Of a stretch of 64,000 nucleotides of DNA, positions 12,940-25,110 are shown piece by piece. This stretch comes from Podarcis filfolensis. Taxonomy: Eukaryota. The notes below the pieces were generated by a model. That model was not told the DNA's origin, made no database searches, and saw only the letters and a program-made list of their open reading frames with translations. Position numbers and translations under genes: made by a program. Numbering within the stretch: position 1 is the first letter of the stretch; the number at the start of each line of letters is the position of its first letter. The DNA is taken from the NCBI GenBank assembly GCA_964270895.1, contig OZ185439.1. One strand, written 5' to 3'.

Positions 12940-14300
12940 CGTGACTGTACTGAATGCAAGAGGAGGACGTGACTAGCCCTGTTCCATAAGCATTTCCGCC
13001 GCCGTAACAAGGTATTATGTCTCATTTATCCTCAAAACAGATGTACAAGGATAGCCGGGCTTGCCCAAGGCTACCCAGGCGGGTGAACCGAGAATTTGAA
13101 CCGGGTCCAAAGCCCCGGTCTGTAGCCGCTGCACCACGCCGGGAGTCGGCGAATAAGTAGGTTGAAGGGCCCCGTGCACGAGCGTGGGGAAAGCAACAAA
13201 GCGGGGGGGGGGCTGCCGAGCAGGACGAGAGGAAGAGGAAGATGCGGGAGGGGGGAGAGATAAGAGGGACGCCCCAGAGTCCAGACCTGAAGAGACAAGG
13301 AGCGAGAGCGGCGCAAAGGAGGATGAAGCCCGGGGGCGTTGAGGGGAATGTGAGGTGAGCCCGCAAGGGGGGGGGGGGGTAATATCTGAGCAGCCCCCCC
13401 CCCGCGGCGAGGACGTGAGAGCCCCCACCTTCTCTCTCCCCGGAGCGGAGACGGCTCCCTTCCCCAGTTCGCCGTTTCAGCCCAACCAACGCCGCCGCCA
13501 CCAGCGTTGCCGCCGCCGCCGCTCCTGCTCTTGCCTCCCCGCCGCCGCCACCAGCGCCGCCGCCGCCGCCACCACCTCGACTGCCCCGCGCTTCATGGAG
13601 CCATGGGCCGAGGCGGGCGAGAGCCGGAGAAGTGGACCCAGCGGGGCAGGGGAGGACGAGGCGGCCCGGGGGCGGGGGGAGGGGAAGGGGGGAAACCGCA
13701 CAGCGAAATCGGAAGAGGAATCCCGGGCTCGCCGCCGGCTACACAGAGAGAGCTGAAGCAAGGCGGCACAGAGCGCAGGTCCTCCACTATCCCGGCGGCC
13801 CCTTCGCCGAGTGTGAGGTAATGGGGGAGGAATGTGCACGCCGATCCGCCAGCCTCCCGTCCGGCCCCGCGAGGACCATAGACGCAGCGGGGAGCGCCTC
13901 CTACAAAGAAACCATAGATCCTCGGGAGCAGAGGGACTTCCGCCTGCCGACGCCTGATCCGTTGGAGGGGGGGGTAGGGTCATGTGAGACCGTGAAGGCG
14001 CGAAAGAGACCAATGGAAATAGAAGCCGCCTCTCTTTCCTCCCTGCCCACGTCTTCTGAGCGAGGGGGGGGGGGAAGGTCTGAATAGGACTCAACGTGCG
14101 GCCTGCCCCCCCCCCCAAATCGGGTTATTTAGACGGAGAAGGAAGCTCGAGGCAGAGGGAGCGCTATCATTCGCTTCAGAAACGCGATGTCTTTCTCCAT
14201 GGGTTAGAAATGTCGCCTGAGTTCTGTTGTTTATAGCGGGGGTTCCGTGTACAGTACTTCTGACGCCCAAACGCCTTGAGTCAGGAGGAGGTTCAGTTGA
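12940..14300. promoter_or_regulatory. CpG island / promoter of AMMECR1L
   Basis: Sharp rise in GC and CpG content, GCC runs and G-tracts, upstream of AMMECR1L coding exons and downstream of the SAP130 poly(A) signal. Confidence 0.85.
13429..13650 (-). other. AMMECR1L: Candidate non-coding first exon of AMMECR1L (GGC-repeat rich 5' UTR); 5' boundary uncertain
   Basis: Lies in the CpG island upstream of the ATG exon; donor-like GAAG|gtgggg at 13429/13428; TSS not determinable from sequence. Confidence 0.5.
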
Positions 14301-14508
14301 GGTCAAGGGGAATTGGTCTCCAGCAATTGTGCTTACAACTGCAGCCTGAATAGGCACTCCAGTGCGGTGCATGTGGTTGTCTGCTGCAGGCAGAAATATC
14401 TCCACACACACAAAGATATTTTTAGCAGCTTAAAGGCCAAAGGATTTATCGATTGATTTACTGTATTTGTAAACAAACAGCCAAGGCAGCTCACACTAAG
14501 AATTAAAA

Positions 14509-14606
14509 GAATCATAGAAATGTAGGGTTGGAAGGGATCCCGAGGATCATCTAGTTCACTCCCTGCAATGCATGAATCTCAACTAGATCATACATGACAG
14601 ATGGCT
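14509..14606 (-). mobile_element. CR1 LINE 3' end fragment, directly abutting a Sauria SINE
   Basis: gaatcatagaaatgtagggttggaagggatcccgaggatcatctagttca...gacagatggct. Confidence 0.7.
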
Positions 14607-14836
14607 AGGTAAAGGGACCCCTGACTATTAGGTCCAATCACTGATGACTCTGGGGTTGCAGCGCTCATCTTGCTCTATAGGCCGAGGGAGCTGACGTTTG
14701 TCCGGGTCATGTGGCCAGCATGACTAAGCCGCTTCTGGTGAACCAGAGCAGCGCATGGAATCGCCGATTACCTTCCTACCAGAGCGGTACCTATTTATCT
14801 ATTTGCACTTGACATGCTTTCGAACTGCTAGGTTGG
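14607..14836 (-). mobile_element. Sauria SINE (Squam1-type), 3' two-thirds
   Basis: aggtaaagggacccctgactattaggtcc...gactctggggttgcagcgctcatc...gggtcatgtggccagcatgactaagccgcttctgg; close match to the copy at 29819-30149. Confidence 0.9.
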
Positions 14837-16784
14837 AAGTTGCTGCAGGCCTTACGCACTTGCAATTTGGTAGTAATCATCCTGAACTCTGGGGATACTT
14901 AACTTGGTTACCACCCCACACTGCTGATGGAATATGTCTGTTAGAAAGAAATGCAAGTCATTGCAAAACCTGTTATTAAAATCTGGATAATGTGGGCATG
15001 GGGGGAGAAAGGAAAGCATGCCAAGGGCTGCACAAGTCAAGTGGATTGTCTCTAAATGAATTACCTATGTGGTCCCAAGTAACAGCAGCATGAAGTTTGC
15101 AACCCTATGCAACTCACTCTTGTCAACCATGTCTGCTCCTTCCAGTGAGGTGTGGCAGCCCAGCACTATCCTTGCCCTTGGATAGCCTTCTGTGCATGAC
15201 AATATAGAGAACAGCACGGGCCATCACAACTTTGGATACCTTCTCAGGAGAGTGGGTCACATTGCCCTACCATGTGATGCAGGCCATGGAATCACATCTT
15301 CAGTGTCCCCAATGACTATTTGAATAAATGACTATTTGAATAAAGGGCTTCACTGAGTACTCATGGGTATTCAGCTGTGTGCCTGGGGAAGTAAAAGGGT
15401 TATCAATGGCCTCTCCTGTCTGGATGTTGCTATGTGTTAATCCATCTCACACATCTATCCAAAATCCCCCTGTGGTCCTCCAGCAGATGTAGCTGGTTAG
15501 AAACTAAGAATCTAGAAGTTATCTGTAACTAGAAGTTAGGAACATTTTCTGGCATTGTGGCATTCATGAGATGGACACTGGGTATGTAGATAGCGTAGAC
15601 AGAAGCCAGCAGTTTCATAGAACACATATCTAATTTTGCACGCTCTACCTCACAGAAGCCTGGTAGTGCAGCCTCATGGGACACGGTGGACTGACTACCC
15701 ATGCCACATTCCATTGGAAATGCCCTATTACTGGGTAATGCAAACCCAGGAGGACATTCTTGATACCATTAGTATGGAGCAGACCCGATAGGTTGGAAAT
15801 GGACATGGTGGTGCCATGTTAAGAGAAGCAGAGAAAGGAGTTGGCAGTGCCTAAGAGGCTGACCAGCTGGCCCAGCTGCAGATCCCCTCCCCCAAAGTCA
15901 TCGAACCCTGGAGGTGGCTTTGCTCAGCACTCCTGGAAAGGTGTAAAAAAGGTGTGCTTGGCAATGCTCCAGTGCAATGAGCTTGTGAACCATCCCTGGT
16001 ATAAGTTGCCTTTCTTTATACAGGCATGCTACTCCTCCAGGGTCCACCAACTGTTGTGGCTACCCTCCCACTGACTGCCTAGCCAGGCCCCTTCCCCCAG
16101 ATTTTGGAGCACCACTGTCCTGATCTCCAGAAACATCCCCTTGCCCCCGCTGCTACTATTTGGATATGGGCTTCAAGGGAAATTGAAGAATTTGAGGAGC
16201 TTGTAGTCAAGGGGCAATCTACACTTGAGTGAACCTCCCCCTGGCCTGCCTTATCTTTGCACTAGCAGGCTTGCTCTGACCCACTGGCTTTTGCTAATGG
16301 TAGCTCATCTCATTCTGCCTTAGTATGGGTGGGTGCTCTATTGGGTGCCTGGCCAGCAGTGTGCATGGTGGGTGATATTGTACCTGCTCGGAGCTGCATC
16401 TAGACTGGCTGCTCCAAGTGGGATTGCTATGGATGTGTGTGCCTTTGCACTCCTCCCACTGCAGTTGTTTTCTTTTGGCTGGTAGTGGCCCCTTCCACTG
16501 AATGGAATTCGTACGTGCTGGATTTTGCCATTGTTATATCCTATATGGATATATGGTACTAAGAGAACTGATAGCAGCTTATTACAGAAATAGCAAATGT
16601 GGATGAAAATATGTTTAACCTAGATTGCTAAAAGTGTAATTGTTGTCCATATTACCAATCTGTTCTTTTTAAATGTCCTGAACAAAAGCAGCTACTTCCC
16701 TATAGTTCTTATCTGGCTTTTCTTTGCTGGGATCTGTAGCACAGAATTAGATGCACCTGTTATTATACAAAATCCTCCAAATCC

Positions 16785-16790
16785 TTTATT
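16785..16790 (-). terminator. Likely SAP130 polyadenylation signal (AATAAA), about 715 nt after the stop codon
   Basis: tttatt on + strand is AATAAA on the SAP130 strand; the actual cleavage site is not verifiable. Confidence 0.55.
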
Positions 16791-17503
16791 CATGTTTCCA
16801 GGATGTCATATAGCACAAATTGTATGTAACACAATGAAGAGCATCACACCAGCTACAGGAAGTACTGTGCTGTATGAGAGTACTTTGAAAACAATATCCC
16901 AGAGCACCAACATGGGCACACGCACACACTCCACAACACTACAAATCACTTTGAAATGTATTTTTTTAAAAATAGACAGCTAGAGACTTCAGAACCACTT
17001 AAGATTCTAAATGTAGCAGAACCACCAGTGCAAGTGGCACTGGGTTTATGAAGGCTGCTCTAGCCACTGCAAGATCTTAAGGAGCAAAAAACTGAGTTCG
17101 CTACGTGGAAGTAGTGTCATCTCCAAACAGTTTCAAGACAGATGGTTCTTGAGGTCTGCTGCAGAATCCATTGTACAAACCTGTGAAGTTATCTCTAAAA
17201 CTGTAGGATGGAAGGGCGAGGACTGTCTATCACGTTTGCATCAATGGTTCCAATTAATAGGCACTGGCACATCAAGAGGGCTAAACAAAATGTGACTGTG
17301 AAGAGTTTAAACAGGGACAAGCCTGAGAAAAATCTTTGTTTCTTTGATAGATCAATAATCATCCCTTAAGGTCATTGGGCTCCAACGTATTCATCCATCG
17401 TCCTTCTTACTCAGATGTAGCTCTCTAAAATAAACCCCCAATTAAAAGAGCCTTAACACTGTTCTGTACAACCTTTGTTTCCAGAGTCTTTATACCTCTG
17501 GCT

Positions 17504-17662
17504 CTAGACTTTTTCTTTTCTCTTCAATTTGGATACTTTCTTGACAGTTCCATTCTTATTGAGAAGCTTCAGAACACGCTCTTTGTGATCCAAGACCTTT
17601 AGCATGGATTCTCGAGCTTCATTTATTTGATCCATTACGAGCTTACATCTCTGCATATTCCC
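17504..17662 (-). CDS. SAP130: SAP130 (Sin3A-associated protein 130 kDa) last coding exon (GNMQRCKLVMDQINEARESMLKVLDHKERVLKLLNKNGTVKKVSKLKRKEKV*)
   Basis: Acceptor gtttcag|GGG at 17662; TAG at 17506-17504; conserved SAP130 C-terminus. Confidence 0.97.
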   Translation of the reverse strand, partial: GNMQRCKLVMDQINEARESMLKVLDHKERVLKLLNKNGTVKKVSKLKRKEKV

Positions 17663-18610
17663 CTGAAACACAACACAGGACTGATATTAAACAGCTGAAT
17701 GCCTCATAGGCACACAAGTAATCTTTAAACAACCACATTGAAATGTCAGAGAGTACATGACCTAAAGAATTTTAAAACAAATGAAACAGATGAACAAGTA
17801 TGTTTCCACTTTCTGCTAATAATAATCTGGGAAATTAGACTCTCTACATCAAATGTATTATGTAAGACATTTGCATTTCAAGACACAGAGTAATAATGGT
17901 GAACTTTCAAGGCGAAAGCAACCTCATTTGGACGCAATGCTAAACTTAGTGCTGCTTGGATGAAGCTTGTGCGCTCTCCCACTCCCCTTTCCACTTCTTG
18001 CATATCGGCAAGGAGGAGTCATGTCCAAACCTGGATCAACAGTTATTTTTAATTATGGTTTAGTGAAACAAGCCAATTTCAAACCATGGTTGATTAAGTT
18101 GGCTTGTTTCCCTAACCATAATTAATATTAATCATAATTTAGAATTTGAATGGAATAATAAACTGCAGTTAATTAAAAATGGGTATCTTCCTTATGGCTG
18201 CCACAAAGAGGATGGAGGTTTCTGTGACTAATGGACTAGTTCTTCTTCTTCTCTCTCTGTCTCCCCCCACGTGTCTGTGTCCCCTCACTTTTAGAAATTA
18301 TATATTATGCTCAGGCTATGAATGATACACGGAACCATGGAACCTGTGAATATCTATTTTCTATTTGTTGTAGTGTTTAAATACATCCCAAATTATTCAT
18401 TTTTTAAAATAACCATATGTGTGGTTGTTTTTAATATTTTGAGTGGCTATACTAAAATACTGTGTGGTTTGTTTAGTCTGCTTCATTTTCTACTTCCCTC
18501 TTTTAACAGTTCTTTGTTTCACATTTAAAAAAACATGTCCCGCTATTTAAATTAAGAAAAAATATCAATTGCAAATCACCAAACTGAAGGAGTGAACAAT
18601 AAGCCTTTAC

Positions 18611-18724
18611 CTGTATCAGTTCATTTATTCGATGCAAATCATCATCAGTTGCTGCCTTTTTCTTGGGAATGATCCCTTCTTGCAGGGAGGTGAGTCGTTC
18701 ATACACATCGTGCTCCAGGTTGGT
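18611..18724 (-). CDS. SAP130: SAP130 exon 20 (TNLEHDVYERLTSLQEGIIPKKKAATDDDLHRINELIQ)
   Basis: ag|ACC ... CAG|gtaaag; 114 nt, phase 0/0. Confidence 0.97.
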
Positions 18725-19495
18725 CTATAAAATATTAGAATTTGGCAAGAATACCTAACATTTTCTCACTGTTTCATATCAAGGGCTACATAAGCTATAA
18801 AAATTCCATCTGCTCATATAACTGCTTTCAAAAGGTTCACTACTATTTTTCACTGCTGACAGAACAGTGCTCCTCTTCTTAAGGTTACAATGTCATCTTT
18901 ATTGCAACTGCAGTAGGATGCTCTCTGAAATATGCTTCAAAATGAAGCAGGGCTGTCCCACTTCAGAATGAGGAATTAGGGAAACAGTAACTCCCTATTA
19001 TATACAAGTAACCGTCATCCAATGCCTGAGAAAGATATCCTTTGAGGTTCTAGTCCTCTTACCATCATCTCTTATACTTAGATCAAAACCTAGTTTCACA
19101 TGCCATCAGCAGCCCCAGCACTCCTAATTACATACACAATGTAATGTCACATTTCCATAGTACTCCTCATGGCCTTGGGAGCTTGGTGCTAGAATACAAA
19201 GCACCTACATCACCCCAACCTGAAACAGAAGCATCCAGGAATGTGGAACAGTGCTGCCTCCTCCAGTCAGCAGCACAATCCCAGACACTTCTTCAGATTT
19301 GTGCACCAGAGGGATTTGCCAGTTTTGAGCATCTGTATAAAATGCATCAGTTCTTGTGCCTGAATCAAGCCCTCCACTCATACCTAATATACATATACTC
19401 AACTGCAACCTACAACATATCCCTCAATCTTGAAGGGAATCCAATTCCAATAGTCTTATCAATCTGGTGGTAATTTTTAAAAATAATATAAATGC

Positions 19496-19537
19496 TGTGT
19501 GTGTGTGTGTGTGTGTATATGTACGTATGTATGTATA
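19496..19537. repeat. (TG)n microsatellite followed by TATG-like units
   Basis: tgtgtgtgtgtgtgtgtgtgtatatgtacgtatgtatgtata. Confidence 0.9.
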
Positions 19538-19637
19538 TAGTTTTGTATCACCTTTCAGAAAGCTTCCTGGGCTAAGGCTTTTCTTGGAGGAATCTCTTCC
19601 TCATTTTATATGAAACTACCCCATTTCCCCCACTTAC

Positions 19638-19741
19638 CAGCTGTAATAGCTGTGCTGCGCAAAGGTGGACCTTCCACCCCTGCGCACGGCAGGATACACC
19701 TTTCTGATTAGCGATCTCTTGCAGCATAGCCTTCTTCTCTT
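19638..19741 (-). CDS. SAP130: SAP130 exon 19 (EKKAMLQEIANQKGVSCRAQGWKVHLCAAQLLQL)
   Basis: ag|AA ... CTG|gtaagt; 104 nt, in frame. Confidence 0.97.
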
Positions 19742-20417
19742 CTAGAACAAGAGTCAAATATGAGACACAAGCAAATAATGAGTTTTTAAAAGGTGAAATG
19801 TACCTTATTCCTTGAGCTACAAAAGTACTAAGTTTACTGCAGCAGTCATTTGTGTACCTGGTATGTGAAACCTGACCACAGATGTTGGTAGAATGCAGGA
19901 ACAGGGATCCAGGGTCAGATGTGCAATAATGCAACAGCCAAATTTTGTGATCTGAACAGGGGTGGAGTGGGGCTTGCTTTGAATCTTTGTATTCGAGTGT
20001 TGGTAAACTTAGTTTGTCTAATAGCCAGGGACTATATATGTAGAAACCCAAAAGTCAAATTCAATAAATACATAATGCAAAGTAAGCAAGTCTCCTTGCA
20101 CCCACTTTTCTTGCATAATTCATTTTGCTAGTCAGACACACAGAGAGCAAGCAACTATACGGGGACTATTTCCTGTCAGTTGAGGTTCTCGATTACCTTA
20201 TGTATAACTAAACCTCAGTAACAATAGGAAAACTGATATGTATTAGCACTGCCTCTGCAGTACAAATATTACAGTGGCTTTAGATGGTGGATATGTTTCT
20301 AGGCAATTCGCTGCACATCCTATATTAGAGGTTAAATGTTTGCAAGTAGACACCTGTCTAATATTGTAACACATCTGTTCACCGACCCATGCAAAATGTA
20401 ATGACAGGAAGACATAC

Positions 20418-20543
20418 CTTTCACTCTGACATCACTATACCGCTGAAAGTGATGGTAGGCAGCTTTCCATGGGTTGCGATAGTGGCGAAGCAGTGTTATG
20501 GGTGGCCGAGGACGTACAGGCACATACCTCACACCTTCTTCAT
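20418..20543 (-). CDS. SAP130: SAP130 exon 18 (EEGVRYVPVRPRPPITLLRHYRNPWKAAYHHFQRYSDVRVK)
   Basis: ag|AT ... G|gtatgt; 126 nt; conserved C-terminal domain. Confidence 0.97.
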
Positions 20544-20857
20544 CTAAAGCAAGATTGAGAAAAATAACTAAAGCCTCTTTTAAGGTGCTTGCGTTTTGAG
20601 CTAGGAAAGAAAATGTGATCCCACAATAGGGCCGGCATACTTTGAATTAGAGATTAATTCAGCTCCAACAGCTCTCCCCCAACCCCAATAATAATCTGCC
20701 ATGAAAAACTGATCTTTGTGGGGGACAGACGGACCCAAAGTTGATCATTTGTAGCTCAAATTCCTTTTCTAGTGGCAATCTTACATTTTGGGTGGATGGG
20801 TATTACTTGGAGAAGACGACCACCAACCAATTATTTAATTTATTTATTTCCATTCAC

Positions 20858-21106
20858 CTATATATTCTTTTGGAGGTGACTTGCGCTTCTCTGCTTTCAC
20901 CAGCAAGCTTTTGGTAGTGGATTTCTCATCATCAGTGCTATTAGTCTCCATCATATCCCCTTCCTCTGTAGAGATTATGTGCTGCTGCTTTCGTGGTTTT
21001 TTCCTTGGAGAGGCACCAGGTGGCAAGTCACTTGAGGGCACTGAAAGGTTGTTGGCCAGCAGTGTAAGAGATGGGGAGACAGTATTTGTAGTCAGTGGAG
21101 GAACTG
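20858..21106 (-). CDS. SAP130: SAP130 exon 17 (AVPPLTTN...ASPRKKPRKQQH...KRKSPPKEYI)
   Basis: tcag|CAG ... G|gtgaat; 249 nt; basic RKKPRK cluster. Confidence 0.96.
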
Positions 21107-21688
21107 CTGAAAGAGAAGACAGGAAGGGACAAGTTTTAAGAGACTGACAGGTAAAACAAAGGCAGCTTTAGAGCCAACACCCTTGTCTTCCAAAGACTGC
21201 AATGCTAGAGACCAGATGCTAACTGCCAGTGCAGTGCCTTTGTAAGAGGAGAACATTATGTTTTTCTAGAGTCCCTCCTCTCAAGGATCTTAGAGCTTTT
21301 ATATATACTTTCCCCCTGATTTTCTTTTGAATGGTTTGGCCTTACGTCATGAATAAGAGTGAGCAGAGCTAAGCAAACAAAGTCTTTTGTTTCAGTGCTC
21401 CCTTTTTTTCTGGGATTATGGTTACTATGACAGCGTTTGGGCTCTTTCAGTTCCTAATAAAGCTGCGAGGCACCTTTAGTGCAATCGATTGGCAGTTTGT
21501 TTTTGACATGCAAACTACTACGGCAAAAGTAACTTTCAGGAAATTCCTTAACAAATTGAATTTAAGAGTGAAAGCCTTGAACAGAGACTTCTCACTATAA
21601 GGCTGCACAACTGTTCTCTTAGTGTTTACTACAGAGCAGAATTAAGCACTAATGTTTGATCTCTCCACAAACTTTAATAGCAAGTGTA

Positions 21689-21896
21689 CAGTGGTACCTC
21701 TGGTTATGATCGCTTCTGGTTACGAACTCTGCTAACCCGGAAGTAGCTGCTCCTGGTTGCGAACTTTGCCCCAGGATGCTAACGGAAATTGCGCAGCAGG
21801 AACCCCATTAGTGAAAGCACGCCTCAGGATAAGAATGGTTTCAGCTTAAGAATGGATCTCCGGAACGAATTAAGTTCATAACCAGAGGTACCACTG
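21689..21896. mobile_element. Tc1/mariner-superfamily (Tigger/pogo-like) MITE, 208 bp
   Basis: Perfect 21-bp TIRs CAGTGGTACCTCTGGTTATGA / TCATAACCAGAGGTACCACTG flanked by TA on both sides. Confidence 0.92.
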
Positions 21897-22120
21897 TATT
21901 CTTTTATTTCTACCTGCCATTTTAACTATGCAACTCTTGTAGCTTTCAGTGACATGCTAGCTATGGCCCTGCTCTTAACAACCTCTGAACCTCTTTACTA
22001 AAATCAAACAAAATATAATTTAAAATGAAGCTGCTAACAATCTTTCTAATTATTATCTCCTGTGGGGCTTTTGTACCTACTTTGAGCATCTCATTTGTAA
22101 TTGCTTAAGCAGAAATCTAC

Positions 22121-22479
22121 CTGAGACTGGCCGCATTATATCCATGGGTTCCACTTCCTCTTTTATTTTTATCTCTGGTACAACGGGGCCCAATACTGTA
22201 GAGAGGACGCCACCCATGGCTGGTGGAGGTGGAGGAGCTGCCACAATTGTGGTTGAAGTTGGTGCAGCAGCAGGAACAGTTCCTGGAATGGTTGACAGGG
22301 CAGCCGTGGGCTGCGAAGGTGGACTAGCTGCTGTGATGATGGTTGGAATGGCAGCTGGTGGCTGCTGGGAAGTGGGGACTGCAATTGGAGGTTGTTCATT
22401 GCTCTGAATGGATACTGCCTCCACAGATACAGTCACTGGAGTGGCCATAGACACATGGATTTCTGGTTTTGGCTTGGCA
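22121..22479 (-). CDS. SAP130: SAP130 exon 16 (AKPKPEIHVSMATPVTVS...EEVEPMDIMRPVS)
   Basis: ctag|T ... G|gtagat; 359 nt, in frame. Confidence 0.96.
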
Positions 22480-23504
22480 CTAGATGAAAGAAAATAAAAC
22501 AAAAAAAGGAAAAAGTTAGCAGGTTCACTTATTCAAGATCCTACTACCATAACTGTACAGAAATGCAGAGCCTCTGAAAGATTAATTTTGTTCTGGTTCC
22601 CCCCCCCCCAGTTTTCTAGAAACATATCTTACAATATGATGACATCACATAAGTAGATGGAAGTCTGGGTTTCCAGAATCTAAGTAGTACAAGCCCACCA
22701 GAAATGGTGAAATACAGTCACCAAGTTTAATGCCTTTTCTTCAGAATCTTGACAATACCATGTAAAAACATCAGAAAGCAACAAGCTTAGGGTTCCAGTG
22801 CTATATCAAAAAATGAGGTCCGATATGAAAGAGGTTTTTGCATTATGCCTGAATCAGAACCTTTGATTTGTTTCTCCCCAAGAAATCACATTCAGGAAAC
22901 CAAGAACATTGGCTTCCTGGTCATGTTTTTTTCAAATGCAGAAAGGAACCAGGAGTGCTGGTTTGGACAGAATTTGACAGTAAGCCAGTCAAATTTACAT
23001 GCTAAAAACCATCAAGATAAGAAAGTACACTGGACCCCATTTTGGACGACACATTTTTGTCTGATCCACTAAGCCGCCTGCTCTGTGGTTTGTTTTCCCA
23101 CTCAAAGAAGGGGAGAGAAAAACGGGGAATGCTAAAACTGTAGGCAGCATCATATGGCTCATTGGTAAGACTATCTTGCCTAACTATGGCTATGCACAGG
23201 CTTATATGTGAACATGGCCAATATGTGCAAATTGTAGTGATCTGAGAAAAAGTAATTCAATACTCTTAAAATAGCTCCCTGTTTTATGTTCCCCAGGTCC
23301 TAATCTGCTTGCACAGCTCAGTGATCATCACTGAATATTTCACTGAACTCCCATTTACCCAGAAGTAAGTATGCACCAGCTGTCTCCACAGAGCTTATTA
23401 TTTTGCAATGGGTAAGAACAGCCAGCATCTCTTTCACCTTTTTTGCCAAGTTAGAATTACAATACTCTGAATGCTTTACATATCTTTTTATTATGAGATC
23501 TTAC

Positions 23505-23609
23505 CCAGCTGGTCTTGGCGATCCAGATGCACTCCTCATTGAGCTTTCCACTCGAGCGCCAGATACCTCAGATGGCTGCGGAGGGATGAGGCTTTTCCTA
23601 ACTGCCAAC
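23505..23609 (-). CDS. SAP130: SAP130 exon 15 (LAVRKSLIPPQPSEVSGARVESSMRSASGSPRPAG)
   Basis: gcag|G ... GG|gtaaga; 105 nt, symmetric phase 2/2. Confidence 0.92.
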
Positions 23610-24130
23610 CTGCAAAATAGCCATGAATATAGTAGTTTCTGAAAAGCAAAACTATTACAATAGTTGCCAAGGGTGCTTAATTTAAAAGTGGCGTACTAAT
23701 ATTCTCTTCTGCTGTATTTATCCTATATAGGCTCCAGCTGGGGGGCTGATTAGAATTGTTCGCTCCAGCAGATTAATGGAATCCAAAAGATTCCTGAATT
23801 CGCAGGGAAATTTTCCAAACAGAACAGCTGCTCTCCTGTCAAGACCCTAGTCTTGCTGTGGAAAAGCAAGATGATATAGGCCACTGACACAATTGCACCT
23901 AGGGGCCCTCTCCAGTCCTGGTTTCCCAAGAGACTTTGGGCAATGAAACATGTCGGAAAATGGCTAGAGCATAGATTGCTTAAGATGTAAAGCGGGTTTG
24001 ACCAAACACAGGTGACAGAGCTCTTTCCTTGTAGGTGGTTACGAAACTACAGCTGGTGCAGAATGCTGCTGAACAGCCTGGGTCATGTAACACTAATTCC
24101 TAAGGTTCTGCACTGGCTGCTTGTGAGTTA

Positions 24131-24350
24131 CTGGGCCTGATTCAAAGTTCTGCTATTAGCATATAAAGCCCTGAACAACCTGGCACCTAGTTATCTAAAA
24201 GAACAGCTCTCCCTATGCTGTCCAACTTGTGCCTTGAAGTCAGCACTGAACTGAGGCCCTGCTTATGGTCTCACACACACATAAAATGCTAGGAGGCTGC
24301 TGACATGAGACAAGGCGTTTTCTGTAGTGCTCCCTGCACTGTTGACTCCA
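24131..24350 (+). mobile_element. Decayed L2-clade LINE ORF2 C-terminal fragment
   Basis: Translates as FKVLLLAYKALNNLAPSYLKEQL, then ...aggcgttttctgtagtgctccctgcactg (RAFSV.AP.L-like); same family as 61246-61555. Confidence 0.7.
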
Positions 24351-24935
24351 GACTATGAAAATTACTTCCTGAAGAAATACAGTTGCCCCCTACAGTGGCA
24401 AGTTTTAAGAAATTGCCTGGTCCCTGTGTTGAAGTGTTTTTACTCTTTTATTTTACTGATCTGTTTCTCTGTTTTTAGTTTTGAATTTTTTTAAAAAATA
24501 CACACATCTCTGTTTTTGTAAGCTGCTTTGAGCTATGTACTGGAGGTAAGGCAGGGTATAAGTCTTCACTAATAAATACATATTCCATGAGTTCTCACAT
24601 CTTTTACTGGTTCCGTCATAATGTTCAGCATACATAAGATGATTGTTAAACAGAATGCTACAAGGTTGTATCCAACAATATTGTACTGTCGGTGCAAGGA
24701 CTTTCATCTGTGCAATGAGACTTCTCCCTCTCCCACCCCTGCACACCTGGCCCAAATCTCCTAGAGGAGTGGAGAACCCACAGAAGACATTGGGGGGGGG
24801 TGCGGAGGGAGAGGAAATCCCGTCGCGCAGGCACAAATCCTTGCACCAACAGGATGGTTTTATTAGATACGACACTATTTCTTGTACAGTGGCAAGCAGA
24901 TCGCACATTATCAAAGCAACGGCAATTTTACTCAC

Positions 24936-25110
24936 CCATCTGTAGTGGGTTTCTTCCGGAGAATGCTTGGGCGAGGGGATGAACCCTGGGCTGGTGTACT
25001 AGAACTGGCATTCTGACTATGGGTTTGTACCACTGTAGTTGAAGCTGGAGCAGTGTTGAATGTATTGCTGATTGGATTAGCCATAATAGTGGCTCCATCT
25101 GCCAAGACCA
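24936..25110 (-). CDS. SAP130: SAP130 exon 14 (VVLADGATIMANPISN...SSPRPSILRKKPTTDG)
   Basis: atcag|TG ... GG|gtgagt; 175 nt. Confidence 0.96.

Noticed and set aside
13015-14411. Many long overlapping ORFs (up to 213 aa) in the AMMECR1L CpG island
   Set aside because: Stop-codon scarcity in GC-rich DNA; low-complexity P/R/A/G peptides in several frames on both strands; no recognisable domain.
20881-22407. Antisense (+) ORFs over SAP130 exons 16-17 (also over exons 13 and 4)
   Set aside because: Shadow frames of Pro/Thr/Ala-rich coding sequence.
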